Assembly (NCBI GenBank): GCA_965213625.1 | Contig: CBDBZU010000004.1 | Span: 992,001 to 1,056,000, forward strand | Length of the DNA: 64,000 nt | Origin: a bacterium | GTDB taxonomy: Bacteria > UBA8248 | Reading direction: 5' to 3' | Part shown: in pieces, positions 48,667 through 57,869 of the stretch | Layout of the letters: the number at the start of each line of letters is the position of its first letter | How positions within the stretch are numbered: the first letter of the stretch is position 1 | Translations under genes and position numbers: made by a program | Notes under the pieces: model-generated | What the model was told of the DNA's origin: nothing | The model's database searches: none | Seen by the model: the letters and a program-made list of their open reading frames with translations, nothing else

Positions 48667-51600
48667 CTACCAGCGCAACGAGCCGCGAAGCGCCACGCCG
48701 TGAACCGGGTCGGCGTTCACCCGCTCGCGCACGTCACCCTCCAGGCTCATGCTCAGTAGCTCGCCAACCTTGAAGCGTCCGCCGAGACGGTAGGTCCCGT
48801 TTCCGCTATCGGACACCGAAAGGCCGGCGTAGGGCGTCAGCAGACCGCCCCAGGCGTCCAGCCTGTAGCCCACCTCCGCGCGGACGCGGGGGTCCAGGTC
48901 CTCGATTTCCTCTCGCGCCAGACGCGAGGCGTCCTTGAGACCCCACAGGCGCTCTGCGCCGCCTGCGGTCTCACCCACCAAAGGCTGCACGGTGAGGGCG
49001 AGGCCGCGGCCCGCCTTGCCAGGGGCGATGCGGATCATGCCGCCCACGCCCCAGTCGGCCACGTCGCTTTCCTCGTGCGTGATGAGCCCCCGCGCATTCA
49101 CCTCGAGCGTCAGGCCCATGCCGGGATTCGTGAAGCGAAGGCTGCCGCCCACTTCGACGCCCAGCCCCTCGTCCACGTCGCCTCCATCAAGCCTCAGGCC
49201 CGCCTCCACCGAGGGCCGCACCGTGCCGCCGCCTTCCATGGCGACCTCGCGCGATGCCTCGAGCAACACGCGGAGACGGCTCGACTCCGCCGAGATGGCC
49301 TCGAGTCCGTCCTTCGCGTCCGCGTCCATCTGTGTGAGAAGAACGTCCGATTTCACCGCCAAGTCGAAGCCGCCCAGCCTGGTGAGTTCTCCGCGAACAC
49401 CGAACGCGCCCATGCGCATCTCGATGTCGGTTTCATACTCCTGGCCGCTCTCGCTGTCCGTTTCGTCGAGCGTCATCTCGCCCTGGCCCATACCCAGGAT
49501 GCCCCACAACGAGAGCCGCTCGCTCGCCTCGTAGCGAAGATAGGGATGCACGCTGGTTAAGGACGCTTCCAATTCGCTGCGGCCATCGTTCTGGAAGCCG
49601 CCGTCGCCGCTCGAGCGGGAGAGCGCCACGCCCGCGAGGAGCTTGCCCTTCTCGTAGTCCACGCCGAGCATGGCCGTCGTCACGTCGCCCTCGATCGCGT
49701 CGTCGCCACCGCCCTCGAACGAGCTCTGCGCGCCGCGGGCCCAGATCGACCACCTGCTGCCCGCCGCCTCCGCGGCTTCCCTGGTGGAGGCGAGGTGGAA
49801 CGAAGCGCCCGATAGAAGCCCGCTCATCGTCATCTCGCGGTAGGAGCCGGTGGAATCCTCCTCCCCATTTGTCAGCCGGTTCGCTGTTCTCGCGCGCGCG
49901 AGGCCGCGCGTACCGATTCCGTTATGCGTGTGTGAGGCGAAATCGAAGCCTGCGCCTTCTTTCGTCAGATAGCGCTCCGGATCCGCATCCAGTTTCACGG
50001 TCTGGCCGCCGAGGGTCATCTTCGCCCCGCTCGGCGCAGGCGCGTTCAGGCGGCTCGATATCATGTCCACCGCCTGGCTTCCCACCGCGCGGCCGAAGCG
50101 CGCCAGCCAGCCGCTTGTCGCCGCCACGCTCTTCTCTGACACTGCGCCTTCGTCGCCGTAGATGCCCGCGCCCACGATGAACGAGTTGGTTTGCGGAGGG
50201 AATCCGGGGATTTCAATCGTTGTGGTGAGCAGGCGCGCATAGGTCACCTTGGGCACGTCGGCGCTGTCGGTGTCGTCGTCGGGGTTGTCGAAGAAGTACC
50301 GCACGAAGCCGCCCTTATCCCCGCTCTGTTGCGCCACCTCGATGATCTGCGGCAAGATGAGTTCTCCGGTCACTTCGTCTCGCAAGATCTGCGTCGGCGT
50401 CTGGAATTCGAACCTGTCCGGGAACCCTCCGTGAAGGTGCGTGTAACCGGTCGGATCAATCACGAACAAATAGACGGGGCCGTGCCGCCAGGGCGGACGC
50501 CTCAAAATGCTTCTCGCGATTCCGATGGCTCCAGTGGGGTTCTCGTTGAATATCTCGAGCAGGTGGTCTACCGCCCCGTTCACGAATCGCTTGAGCGTTG
50601 CGCGGTCCACAACTTGATCGGCGCTTACTTCCGGGTCGCCCGGGTCAACGGTATCCACCCCGAAATGCGCTTCCTGAAGGTCCACGCCTGCGAGCAGGAT
50701 GTAGGGGATCCTGGTGCCGTACCCGACGGCGTAGCCGCCTCCAGGCAAAGCGCCGCCGTTCGCCTTCGGGAAAGTAGTTTGTCCTGTTGTGAATGCTCTT
50801 GTAGCCACTTGGGTCAAGGCGTCTTCCGTGGCTTTCGGATTAGCCGGGTCGACCGGGATTCCAAGCGCTTGGAGAATGCCCCCATAAACCAGGGGATTGA
50901 GCGGTCTGCCTCCCGTCGACATGTCGTTACCGTTGAAGAACACCCTGCCGTCGAGAGAAACGCTGACGAGGTAAGTGGAGCCGGACTTCCAGGGCCCCTC
51001 GTTCCTGGCGATGCAGCCGGCGTAGCCCAATTCCCCAGGCGTCCTGATGGAGTCGAAATAGTCTCTCCCCGCCTGCGCGAAGTCGCCTACGTCGCCAGAA
51101 CCCGACGCTACATCGTCAGCGGTTACGCTTGGGGATTCGTACATATTTTCGGCAAGGCCCGCCGGACGCGGACAAACTTCTTCCGCCACCGTGCTCGGGT
51201 CCCCGTAGATGCCCGCGCCGACGATGTAGGATACCGGTGGGCTTCCCGGAACGGAGAATGTCAACCGGCGCGCGTAGGTCACCTTCGGCACGTCGGCGCT
51301 GTCGCTGTGGTCGCTGGGATCGTCGAAGTAATACCTGACGAATGCGCCTTCGTCGCCTCCCGCATTCGCCGCCTCGATAATCTGAGGCAAGATGAGTTTA
51401 CCGGTGACTTCGTCTCGCAAGATCTGCGTCGGCGTCTGGAATTCGTACCTGTCCGGGAACCCCGCGTGAAGCAGCGTGTAGCCGCTGTCCTCCATGACGA
51501 AGAGATAGGTGGGGCCGCTTCTCCAGGGCGGATTTCTCAGAATGCTCCTCGCGATTCCGATGGCGCTGTGGGGGTTCTCATCGAATATCTCGAGGAGGTG

Positions 51601-53328
51601 GTCTATCGCCCCGTTCACGAATCGCTTGAGCGTTGCGCGGTCCACTACTTGATCGGCGCTTACGTCCGGATCGCCGGGGTCGGCGATATCCGCCTTGAAG
51701 TGGGCTTCCTGAAGGTCCACGCCAGCGAGCAGGATGTAGGGAATGGTCGTGCCGTACCCCACGGCGTAGCCGCCGATTCCCGGAATTTGGCCGCCGTTCG
51801 CGTTCGGGAAGCTTCCTGTTGTGGCCACATTGGCCAAGGCGGCCCTGATTCCGGCCTCGGTAGTGGCAGTGATTCCCAGCGCGCCGAGGATGGCCCCATA
51901 AACTGCGTCCTGGAGCGGCCTGCCCCCCGTCGACATGTCCTTCCCGTTCAAAATCACCCTGCCGTCGAGCGAGAGGGCGACGATGTAGGTGTCGCCGGCC
52001 TTCCAGGGTCCCTCGTTCCTGATGAGGCAACCGGCGTAGGCCAACTCCTGGGGCGTCGTGATGGAGTTGAAATAGTTTCTCCCCGCCTGCGCGAAGTCGC
52101 CTACGTCGCCAGAACTCGACGCAACATCGCCAGCGGTTACGCTCGGGGATTCGTACATATTTTCGGCAAGGCCCGCCGGACGCGGACAGACGTCCTCCGC
52201 CACCGTGCTCGAGTCGCCGTAGATGCCCGCCCCGAAGATGAGCGGGTATTCGAACGTGGTCCCATCCGCTCTCTGTCCCTCAAAGACGTGCTGGCGCACA
52301 TAGCTCACTTTGAGGGTGTTGAAGTCGTCGTTCGGGTCGTCCGGGTTGTCGAAATAATACTCCACGAAGCCACCGCCGGGGTTGCTTATCGCTGTCCGTA
52401 TGATCTTCGGCAGAATGAGGTCACCCTGTTCACCCGATGGCAGCTGCTCCCTCAGGGTGTTTGTCGGCGTCCGGAACTCGAACCTGTCCGGGAACGCGCC
52501 GTGGAAGATGGTGTAGCCGCTGGGATCCATGATGAAAAGATAGGTGGGACCACTCCTCCAGGGTCCGCTCGGATCCCGCAAGACACTCTTCACCTGCGTG
52601 AAGGCGCTGCGGCCTTCCGTCCGGAAGCGGTCGACGACGTACTGCGTAGCTCCCTCGACGAAGGCTTTCAGCGAGTCGCGATCCATCACCTGGTCGGCCC
52701 GCACATCGGGGGAGCCCTGGTCGATGGTTTCCGTGCCGAGGTGAGATTCCCCGATGTCGAGGCCGGCGACGAGGATGAGCGGGTTACCTCCAGTGCGCTT
52801 GAAGCCGACGGCGTAGCCGCCGATTACCGGAATTTGGCCGCCGTTCGCGTTCGGGAAGCTTCCTGTTGTAGCCACATTGGCCAAAGCGGCACTGATGTCG
52901 GCAGGTGCAGTAGCGGTGATTCCCAGCGCGCGAAGAATCGCTCCGTAAACTCTATTGTTGAGCGGTCTGCCGCTCAACTCCGCCTCGTCCGAGTGGAAGA
53001 ACACCCTGCCATCGATGGATATGGTGACGAGGTAGGTGTCGCCGGACTTCCAGGGTCCCTCCTGCCTAATGACGCAAGCGTTGTGCGACAGTCCCGCCAG
53101 ATTGACGCTCTCCATATATCCTTTCGCCGCCAGGGCGAAATCGCTGATGCTGGCGGCGCCCGCTTCCACCTGCGCCGCCGTGACGCTCGGGGTGGCGAGA
53201 GGATTCGCCGTGACGCCCGCCGGCAGCGGGCAGGCGTCCTGCGCGAAGGCGGCGGGCGCGGCGGAAAAAACGCCAAAAAGCGCCAGGATAAGCGCCGCAA
53301 AAAGTATTCGTCTTGGAAATGTCATCAT
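48667..53328 (-). CDS. Autotransporter with three tandem ~340-aa passenger repeats, each with Cache-like domains
   Basis: Signal peptide AFA-Q; repeats containing YLF.MD..G.T..H, GGFV.Y.F.NP, KV.Y.R, GAGIY; linker WLARFGRAV; C-terminal beta-barrel ending ALRGSLRW. Confidence 0.85.
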   Translation of the reverse strand: MMTFPRRILFAALILALFGVFSAAPAAFAQDACPLPAGVTANPLATPSVTAAQVEAGAASISDFALAAKGYMESVNLAGLSHNACVIRQEGPWKSGDTYLVTISIDGRVFFHSDEAELSGRPLNNRVYGAILRALGITATAPADISAALANVATTGSFPNANGGQIPVIGGYAVGFKRTGGNPLILVAGLDIGESHLGTETIDQGSPDVRADQVMDRDSLKAFVEGATQYVVDRFRTEGRSAFTQVKSVLRDPSGPWRSGPTYLFIMDPSGYTIFHGAFPDRFEFRTPTNTLREQLPSGEQGDLILPKIIRTAISNPGGGFVEYYFDNPDDPNDDFNTLKVSYVRQHVFEGQRADGTTFEYPLIFGAGIYGDSSTVAEDVCPRPAGLAENMYESPSVTAGDVASSSGDVGDFAQAGRNYFNSITTPQELAYAGCLIRNEGPWKAGDTYIVALSLDGRVILNGKDMSTGGRPLQDAVYGAILGALGITATTEAGIRAALANVATTGSFPNANGGQIPGIGGYAVGYGTTIPYILLAGVDLQEAHFKADIADPGDPDVSADQVVDRATLKRFVNGAIDHLLEIFDENPHSAIGIARSILRNPPWRSGPTYLFVMEDSGYTLLHAGFPDRYEFQTPTQILRDEVTGKLILPQIIEAANAGGDEGAFVRYYFDDPSDHSDSADVPKVTYARRLTFSVPGSPPVSYIVGAGIYGDPSTVAEEVCPRPAGLAENMYESPSVTADDVASGSGDVGDFAQAGRDYFDSIRTPGELGYAGCIARNEGPWKSGSTYLVSVSLDGRVFFNGNDMSTGGRPLNPLVYGGILQALGIPVDPANPKATEDALTQVATRAFTTGQTTFPKANGGALPGGGYAVGYGTRIPYILLAGVDLQEAHFGVDTVDPGDPEVSADQVVDRATLKRFVNGAVDHLLEIFNENPTGAIGIARSILRRPPWRHGPVYLFVIDPTGYTHLHGGFPDRFEFQTPTQILRDEVTGELILPQIIEVAQQSGDKGGFVRYFFDNPDDDTDSADVPKVTYARLLTTTIEIPGFPPQTNSFIVGAGIYGDEGAVSEKSVAATSGWLARFGRAVGSQAVDMISSRLNAPAPSGAKMTLGGQTVKLDADPERYLTKEGAGFDFASHTHNGIGTRGLARARTANRLTNGEEDSTGSYREMTMSGLLSGASFHLASTREAAEAAGSRWSIWARGAQSSFEGGGDDAIEGDVTTAMLGVDYEKGKLLAGVALSRSSGDGGFQNDGRSELEASLTSVHPYLRYEASERLSLWGILGMGQGEMTLDETDSESGQEYETDIEMRMGAFGVRGELTRLGGFDLAVKSDVLLTQMDADAKDGLEAISAESSRLRVLLEASREVAMEGGGTVRPSVEAGLRLDGGDVDEGLGVEVGGSLRFTNPGMGLTLEVNARGLITHEESDVADWGVGGMIRIAPGKAGRGLALTVQPLVGETAGGAERLWGLKDASRLAREEIEDLDPRVRAEVGYRLDAWGGLLTPYAGLSVSDSGNGTYRLGGRFKVGELLSMSLEGDVRERVNADPVHGVALRGSLRW
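50150..53240 (-). repeat. Three intragenic tandem repeats of about 1.01-1.04 kb
   Basis: Repeat-initial Cys codons at about 53232, 52188 and 51174; long near-identical DNA stretches (e.g. 51050-51195 vs 52065-52210). Confidence 0.9.
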
Positions 53329-53667
53329 GGACCTCCTGGTGTGTTGGCTTTTCCCTCGTGTAATATCTTCTTTATCCGGTCACATTTCCTCCTTCCTCAG
53401 TCGGAAATGACCCCGTTATTTTCGCCGTCAAGCCTTGTCGCGAAACCGGATCGTTCACTCGCAGCAACGCCCGGCCCCATGGGTGCGTGGGTGCGATGCC
53501 TTCCTTCGTTTACGACAGGGCGAACTTATCGCATAAAAATTGTAAAGAACTGAATATGTTTTTAGATTACGACAAGCCAAGCGCGCGAGGCAAGGATTTT
53601 TTGGAGGCGATGGCGCATATCACGCGATAATGAATGCCCGGGAGGAGCGCTCTAGAGCCTGGCCAGC

Positions 53668-53883
53668 GGGGTTGTTGTAAAAGGCCAACGCGAGAGGGTT
53701 TGCGTTTGTTGTAGGGACAGGTCGCGACCTGTCCCTACGGTTGGCGGCATTCTCTTCTCGTGACCCAAGACGAATTAAGTTTTGTTCGTCATTCCGGCGT
53801 TATTGCCGCTCCTGTTGTAGGGGCCGCATACATGCGGCCCTGCCTTTTCTTCACGATGCGGGTCGCATATATGCGACCCCTAC
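53668..53883. repeat. REP cluster preceded by an IS1182-type end
   Basis: GGGGTTGTTGTAAAAGGCC (53668); palindrome 53711-53738; GTAGGGGCCGCATACATGCGGCCC (53817); GGGTCGCATATATGCGACCCCTAC (53860-53883, also at 39654). Confidence 0.8.
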
Positions 53884-53934
53884 ACGCGTATTGACGTCCC
53901 GACCATGGGGGGAGAGGTTCGGTCTGACCCTCAA

Positions 53935-55454
53935 GGGTCTGTTGAAAAACCCGGTGTTGGAAGCGGGCGTTTTGGCGGCTCACGCGGCGGCGGGGAGGCA
54001 GCCCAATTGGCGCGTGAGGGCGCCATGTGCGCGCAGCCGGCGTCTCCGGGCGGCACAGGCCGTCCAGAGGGCGAATATACGCGCCGCAAAAGCGGCGGCC
54101 AGCCGCTTGAGGTTCACCGCTATCGCCGTCAGGTAGGACTGGATCCGCATGTTCGCAAGGCCCCGGCGCACCGCCCGCCCCAGTCCGTGCCGGCTCTTCG
54201 CCTCGCCGTGGTAGCCCTCCGAGCGCCAACGGTGGCGGCCATAGAGACGCTTCTCCTCCTCCCCCCAGCGCGCATGCCGCCGACGCGCGCGCAACAGCGC
54301 CGGATACGCGTGCGGAATCAACACCGTCCTGCTCGTGCGCGACTTCGACAGACAATCGGGCCTGAGCGCGCAGCCCGCGCAATCCCGCGTCTTCGATACA
54401 TAGGAGCGCCCCCGCTCCGTCGCCTGCCGGGGGCGCAGCGTCTTGCCTCCCGGACACTTCACCACCTCGTTGCGCGCGTCGTAGTGGAACAACTGCAGCG
54501 GAACACGGCTCTGGCTGGGTTCCTTCTTCGCTGGTATCAGCGCTTCCACGCCCCGCCGCTCCAATTCGCCGTAAACCTTCGAGTACGCGTACCCCGAATC
54601 CGCCGTCACCATCTCCGGCGTGCGGCCCGACAACTCGCTTACCGCCTCTATATGGGACGCCATCATCTCACGCTCGTTCCGCGTCCCCTCCGTCACCGAC
54701 ACGTCGAGAACAACACCCCGCTCATCGTCCACCGCCGCGTGCTGCTTGTAGCTCGGCTCGAACCCCGCCCGCGCGCTCTTGCGCGCAAGCCGCGCGTCCG
54801 GGTCCGTCCGGCTCACCGGACCCCCGCCACCGCGGCCTCCTCCCTTCTTCCCGACCTCATCATCGACGGGATTCTCCTGAATCACCTTCTCCGCGTGGTG
54901 CGCCGCCAGGCTCTCCCAGCTCACGTCCGCGCGTATCAACGAGGCGTCCACGTGCACCACTTCCCCCTTCGCCACATTCGCCTCCAGGCAAGCCTGCACC
55001 GTGCGACGGAATATCTCCTTGAACCGTGCCTCCCCCCAGCGCTGACGTATCCGCGTCAGGCTCGAATGATGCGGCAACTCCTCGTGCAGCCCGTACCCGA
55101 TGAACCACCGGATCGCCAGGTGCGCACGCGCCTCGCGAAGCAGGCGACGGTCGTGAACGTAGCCCAGCAACATACCCGCCAGCATCAAGCGGAGCGCCAC
55201 CTCCGGGTCGATCCCCGGACGACCGTTATCCGCGCAATAGCAATCCGCCACCTCCTCCCGTAGCCAGCTCAAATCCAGTACGTGGTCCACGCGCATCAGG
55301 ACGTGATCCTCGGGGATCAGCCGTTCCAGCGAACCGGCCACGAACAAATCCATCTGCTCGCGCCTCTTGCTGCCTATCATCGAGGGAACTCCCATCTCGG
55401 GCGAGATAGTGTCATTACACCCAATCACAATGCCGGGGCTTTTTCAACAGCCCC
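53935..55454 (-). mobile_element. IS1182-family insertion sequence, apparently intact (1520 bp)
   Basis: TIRs GGGTCTGTTGAAAAA and TTTTTCAACAGCCCC; 5-bp direct repeat CTCAA at 53930-53934 and 55455-55459. Confidence 0.9.
53980..55380 (-). CDS. IS1182-family DDE transposase
   Basis: LIPEDH.L, GRPGIDP, RWFIG..L..LPHHSSLT, VDASLI.A, SRTDPDA, ADSGY, CP.GK, R.WRSEG..GEAK..HGL, NLKRL. Confidence 0.93.
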   Translation of the reverse strand: MIGSKRREQMDLFVAGSLERLIPEDHVLMRVDHVLDLSWLREEVADCYCADNGRPGIDPEVALRLMLAGMLLGYVHDRRLLREARAHLAIRWFIGYGLHEELPHHSSLTRIRQRWGEARFKEIFRRTVQACLEANVAKGEVVHVDASLIRADVSWESLAAHHAEKVIQENPVDDEVGKKGGGRGGGGPVSRTDPDARLARKSARAGFEPSYKQHAAVDDERGVVLDVSVTEGTRNEREMMASHIEAVSELSGRTPEMVTADSGYAYSKVYGELERRGVEALIPAKKEPSQSRVPLQLFHYDARNEVVKCPGGKTLRPRQATERGRSYVSKTRDCAGCALRPDCLSKSRTSRTVLIPHAYPALLRARRRHARWGEEEKRLYGRHRWRSEGYHGEAKSRHGLGRAVRRGLANMRIQSYLTAIAVNLKRLAAAFAARIFALWTACAARRRRLRAHGALTRQLGCLPAAA

Positions 55455-55707
55455 CTCAAGAGGGGAGTGATGTCTCTTCCCTTCTCCGTCGGCTCCATAC
55501 GCTAAATCAAGTAACCAGGTCTCTTTCAACGACACCAAGCGCTGCGTCTGCGCAATACGCGTCGAAACCGGGGGCGTCCTCATCCGTAGCCGGGAACGGC
55601 CGGCTTCGCCGTGCGGTTGCCACCCGCGCTTTCTCCACTATAGGATGAGCGCACCAGACAAAAACCGCGCGCCGCTTCATCCGGCGCAACATATTCGGAG
55701 ACAAGAC

Positions 55708-56625
55708 ATGAAAGAAGGCATGAGGCCCGGAGACCGCCTGCCCTATTCGGCCATTATCGACAGAAAGCCGCTCAAACTGCCCGAAGGCGCGCGCCTGGTG
55801 CTCTGGCCGGTACTGGCGCTGGAAGTGTGGGACATCGTGCGGCCCATGGCGCGCATGGTGATACCCCCGCCGCAGGGGGTGCCGATGCTCCCCGATCATC
55901 CCAACTGGAGCTGGCACGAGTACGGCATGCGGGTCGGTATATGGCGCATCAAGCGCATGCTCGACGACTTGGGCGTGCGGCCGACGGTGACGCTGAACGC
56001 CCGCACCTGCCTGGAATATCCGCGCGTCGCAGACGCCTGCCTGGAGGCGGGCTGGGAATTCAACGCCCACTCCTACGAGCAGGTGCCGATGCACAAGCTC
56101 GACGACGAGCGCGAGACGATTGAGCGGTGCATGGGCATTATCGCGGAATTCTGCGGCAAAAGGCCGCGCGGATGGTTCGGTCCGGGGCTGACGCAGACCT
56201 ACCGGACGCTGGATTTTCTCGCAGAAGCCGGGGTCGAATACATCGGCGACTGGGTGCTCGACGACCAGCCGGTGCACGTGAAGACGACGGCAGGCAAATC
56301 GGTCGTGGCGCTGCCCTACAACTACGAGCTCCACGACATCGTGAGCATGGCGATCCAGTACCATGAGTCCCGGGTCTTCCGCGACAGGGCGATTGATTAC
56401 TTCGAGACCGTGTATGCCGAAAGCCACGAATCCACAAAGGTGATGTCGATCGCCATGCATCCATATCTCTCGGGTTCGCCGCACCGGATAAAATACGTGC
56501 GCGAAACCTTCGAGCATATTCTCTCCAAACCGGGGGTGGTGTGCTGGGACGGCGAGCAGATACTCGACTGGTTCCTGACCGAACGCCCGGCGCCGAAACC
56601 CCGGAAGAAGCGCGCCAAGACGTAA
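55708..56625 (+). CDS. Polysaccharide deacetylase family protein (PuuE/allantoinase-like)
   Basis: YSAIIDR..L.LP.GAR, NWSWHEYG.RVG.WR, PRGWFGPGL, DDQP, PY..EL.D, MHPYLSG.PHR. Confidence 0.88.
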   Translation: MKEGMRPGDRLPYSAIIDRKPLKLPEGARLVLWPVLALEVWDIVRPMARMVIPPPQGVPMLPDHPNWSWHEYGMRVGIWRIKRMLDDLGVRPTVTLNARTCLEYPRVADACLEAGWEFNAHSYEQVPMHKLDDERETIERCMGIIAEFCGKRPRGWFGPGLTQTYRTLDFLAEAGVEYIGDWVLDDQPVHVKTTAGKSVVALPYNYELHDIVSMAIQYHESRVFRDRAIDYFETVYAESHESTKVMSIAMHPYLSGSPHRIKYVRETFEHILSKPGVVCWDGEQILDWFLTERPAPKPRKKRAKT

Positions 56626-56670
56626 AAAGGTTTGATAGGGAATGACGAACCAAACTTCACCGCTTCTTCA

Positions 56671-56713
56671 GGACAGGTCGCGACTTCGGACAGGCACAGG
56701 GGCCTGTCACTAC
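56671..56713. repeat. Degenerate GTAG-family REP copies between convergent genes
   Basis: GGACAGGTCGCGAC fragment, and CGGACAGGCACAGGGGCCTGTCACTAC which is nearly the reverse complement of the 46773 REP. Confidence 0.7.
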
Positions 56714-56806
56714 GGTCTCAAGGGCAATAGTTCGGCGCGACTCACATGACGACATCGAAGAAGGTTTTCTGACTGCGAAACGCCGCAGGGCGGAGCCGGG
56801 AAACTG

Positions 56807-57247
56807 CTAGCGTTGATATTTGATGAACGGGGTGAGATTCGCCACGCGGTCATAGAGGACCCGGGCCGTCTCGTTGAAATCCTGCGTGAGCCAGTAAACA
56901 GACGGCGCGCCTCTCTCATCCGCAGCCTCATATACCGCTTCGATGAGGGCGCGGCCGACGCCTTTGCCGCGAAATGCGGGCGCGGTATAGAGGTCCTGGA
57001 GATAGCAGACATCCTCGACCCGCCAGTTGTGGGGGTGAAAAATGTAATGGACCAGGCCTGCCGCCTGCCCGTCGGTGAGCGCGATGAGTCCGTTCTGCTG
57101 CGGGCGGGCCGGGTCCAGAAGGCGGGCGAAGGTCGTCCGGTAGACCTCTTCGGTTACGCTGGACTCGTAGAACTCCAGGTAGGCGGTCCACAGACGGCGC
57201 CAGTCGGATTCGTCTTCGGCGGAGATGGGGCGAATGGTGGGCGTCAT
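56807..57247 (-). CDS. GNAT family N-acetyltransferase
   Basis: W..LW..YL.FY, CYLQDLY, RGKGVGRALI, YWLTQ..N.TAR.LYD. Confidence 0.93.
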   Translation of the reverse strand: MTPTIRPISAEDESDWRRLWTAYLEFYESSVTEEVYRTTFARLLDPARPQQNGLIALTDGQAAGLVHYIFHPHNWRVEDVCYLQDLYTAPAFRGKGVGRALIEAVYEAADERGAPSVYWLTQDFNETARVLYDRVANLTPFIKYQR

Positions 57248-57288
57248 GAAAACCTCTCGTTTTGGTTTGGGCTATACGGCGGCAGGGG

Positions 57289-57316
57289 ATTGTACGTTTC
57301 GGGCGGTGGCAGTCAA
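57289..57316 (-). promoter_or_regulatory. Sigma70-type promoter of GNAT gene
   Basis: TTGACT-N16-TACAAT on the minus strand. Confidence 0.55.
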
Positions 57317-57452
57317 GCGGCTGGAAATTCGCCGGAGCGCCGAAGCGCTTCAGGTGATGCGGGAGCGGCTGCCGCCCTGAAAGCATATTTCCCCGCAACT
57401 GGCGTCATTGGGCATTCGTCGGAACGGGCGATTCGGCTCCGGGCGGAAACCG

Positions 57453-57620
57453 CAATCGCTCCTTCTTCAGCCATGAGGATACTTCCCTCCCGCGGTCGTC
57501 CATTCCTCAGTAGGAATGGAATTCCCTCCCTGGCCGGAATCGACCTCGCTCCTCACTCGCGTCAATCGCTCCCTCACCGGTCGCGTCGAACACTCCTTCA
57601 TCAGTCGCGTTCGATCCCGC
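57453..57620 (-). repeat. Degenerate 22-24 bp tandem repeats rich in GGA(G) on the minus strand; candidate sRNA
   Basis: Units at 57541-57562, 57563-57586 and 57587-57610 each end in TCGCGT and contain CTCC; a related unit lies at 57453; perfect hairpin TCCATTCCT-CAGT-AGGAATGGA at 57499-57520. Confidence 0.55.
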
Positions 57621-57869
57621 ACGAGCAGACAGGAATTTCTGAAAAATTCGATAAAATTAGATAATTTCACGGGGTTTATCGCCTAATAAACGAAAATAAA
57701 TTTGCTCTGGAACAGGCGTAAAAGTAGCGGCGCAGGGGAATTCTGCCATGACCCGTGACCTGCTCGTTAACGGCAAATGCGGGGAGTTACGGGGCCGGAA
57801 TGCGTGTTAATGCGTGCGCGAAACTGCCGGGGTTCCTCCTGAACACATGTAATAACAATAACTTGTGGC

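Noticed and set aside
50191-53553. 1120-aa plus-strand ORF
   Set aside because: Antisense shadow of the autotransporter in GC-rich repetitive DNA; no recognisable motifs.
57541-57610. Possible CRISPR array
   Set aside because: The units are degenerate, contiguous and have no unique spacers; no cas genes in the window.
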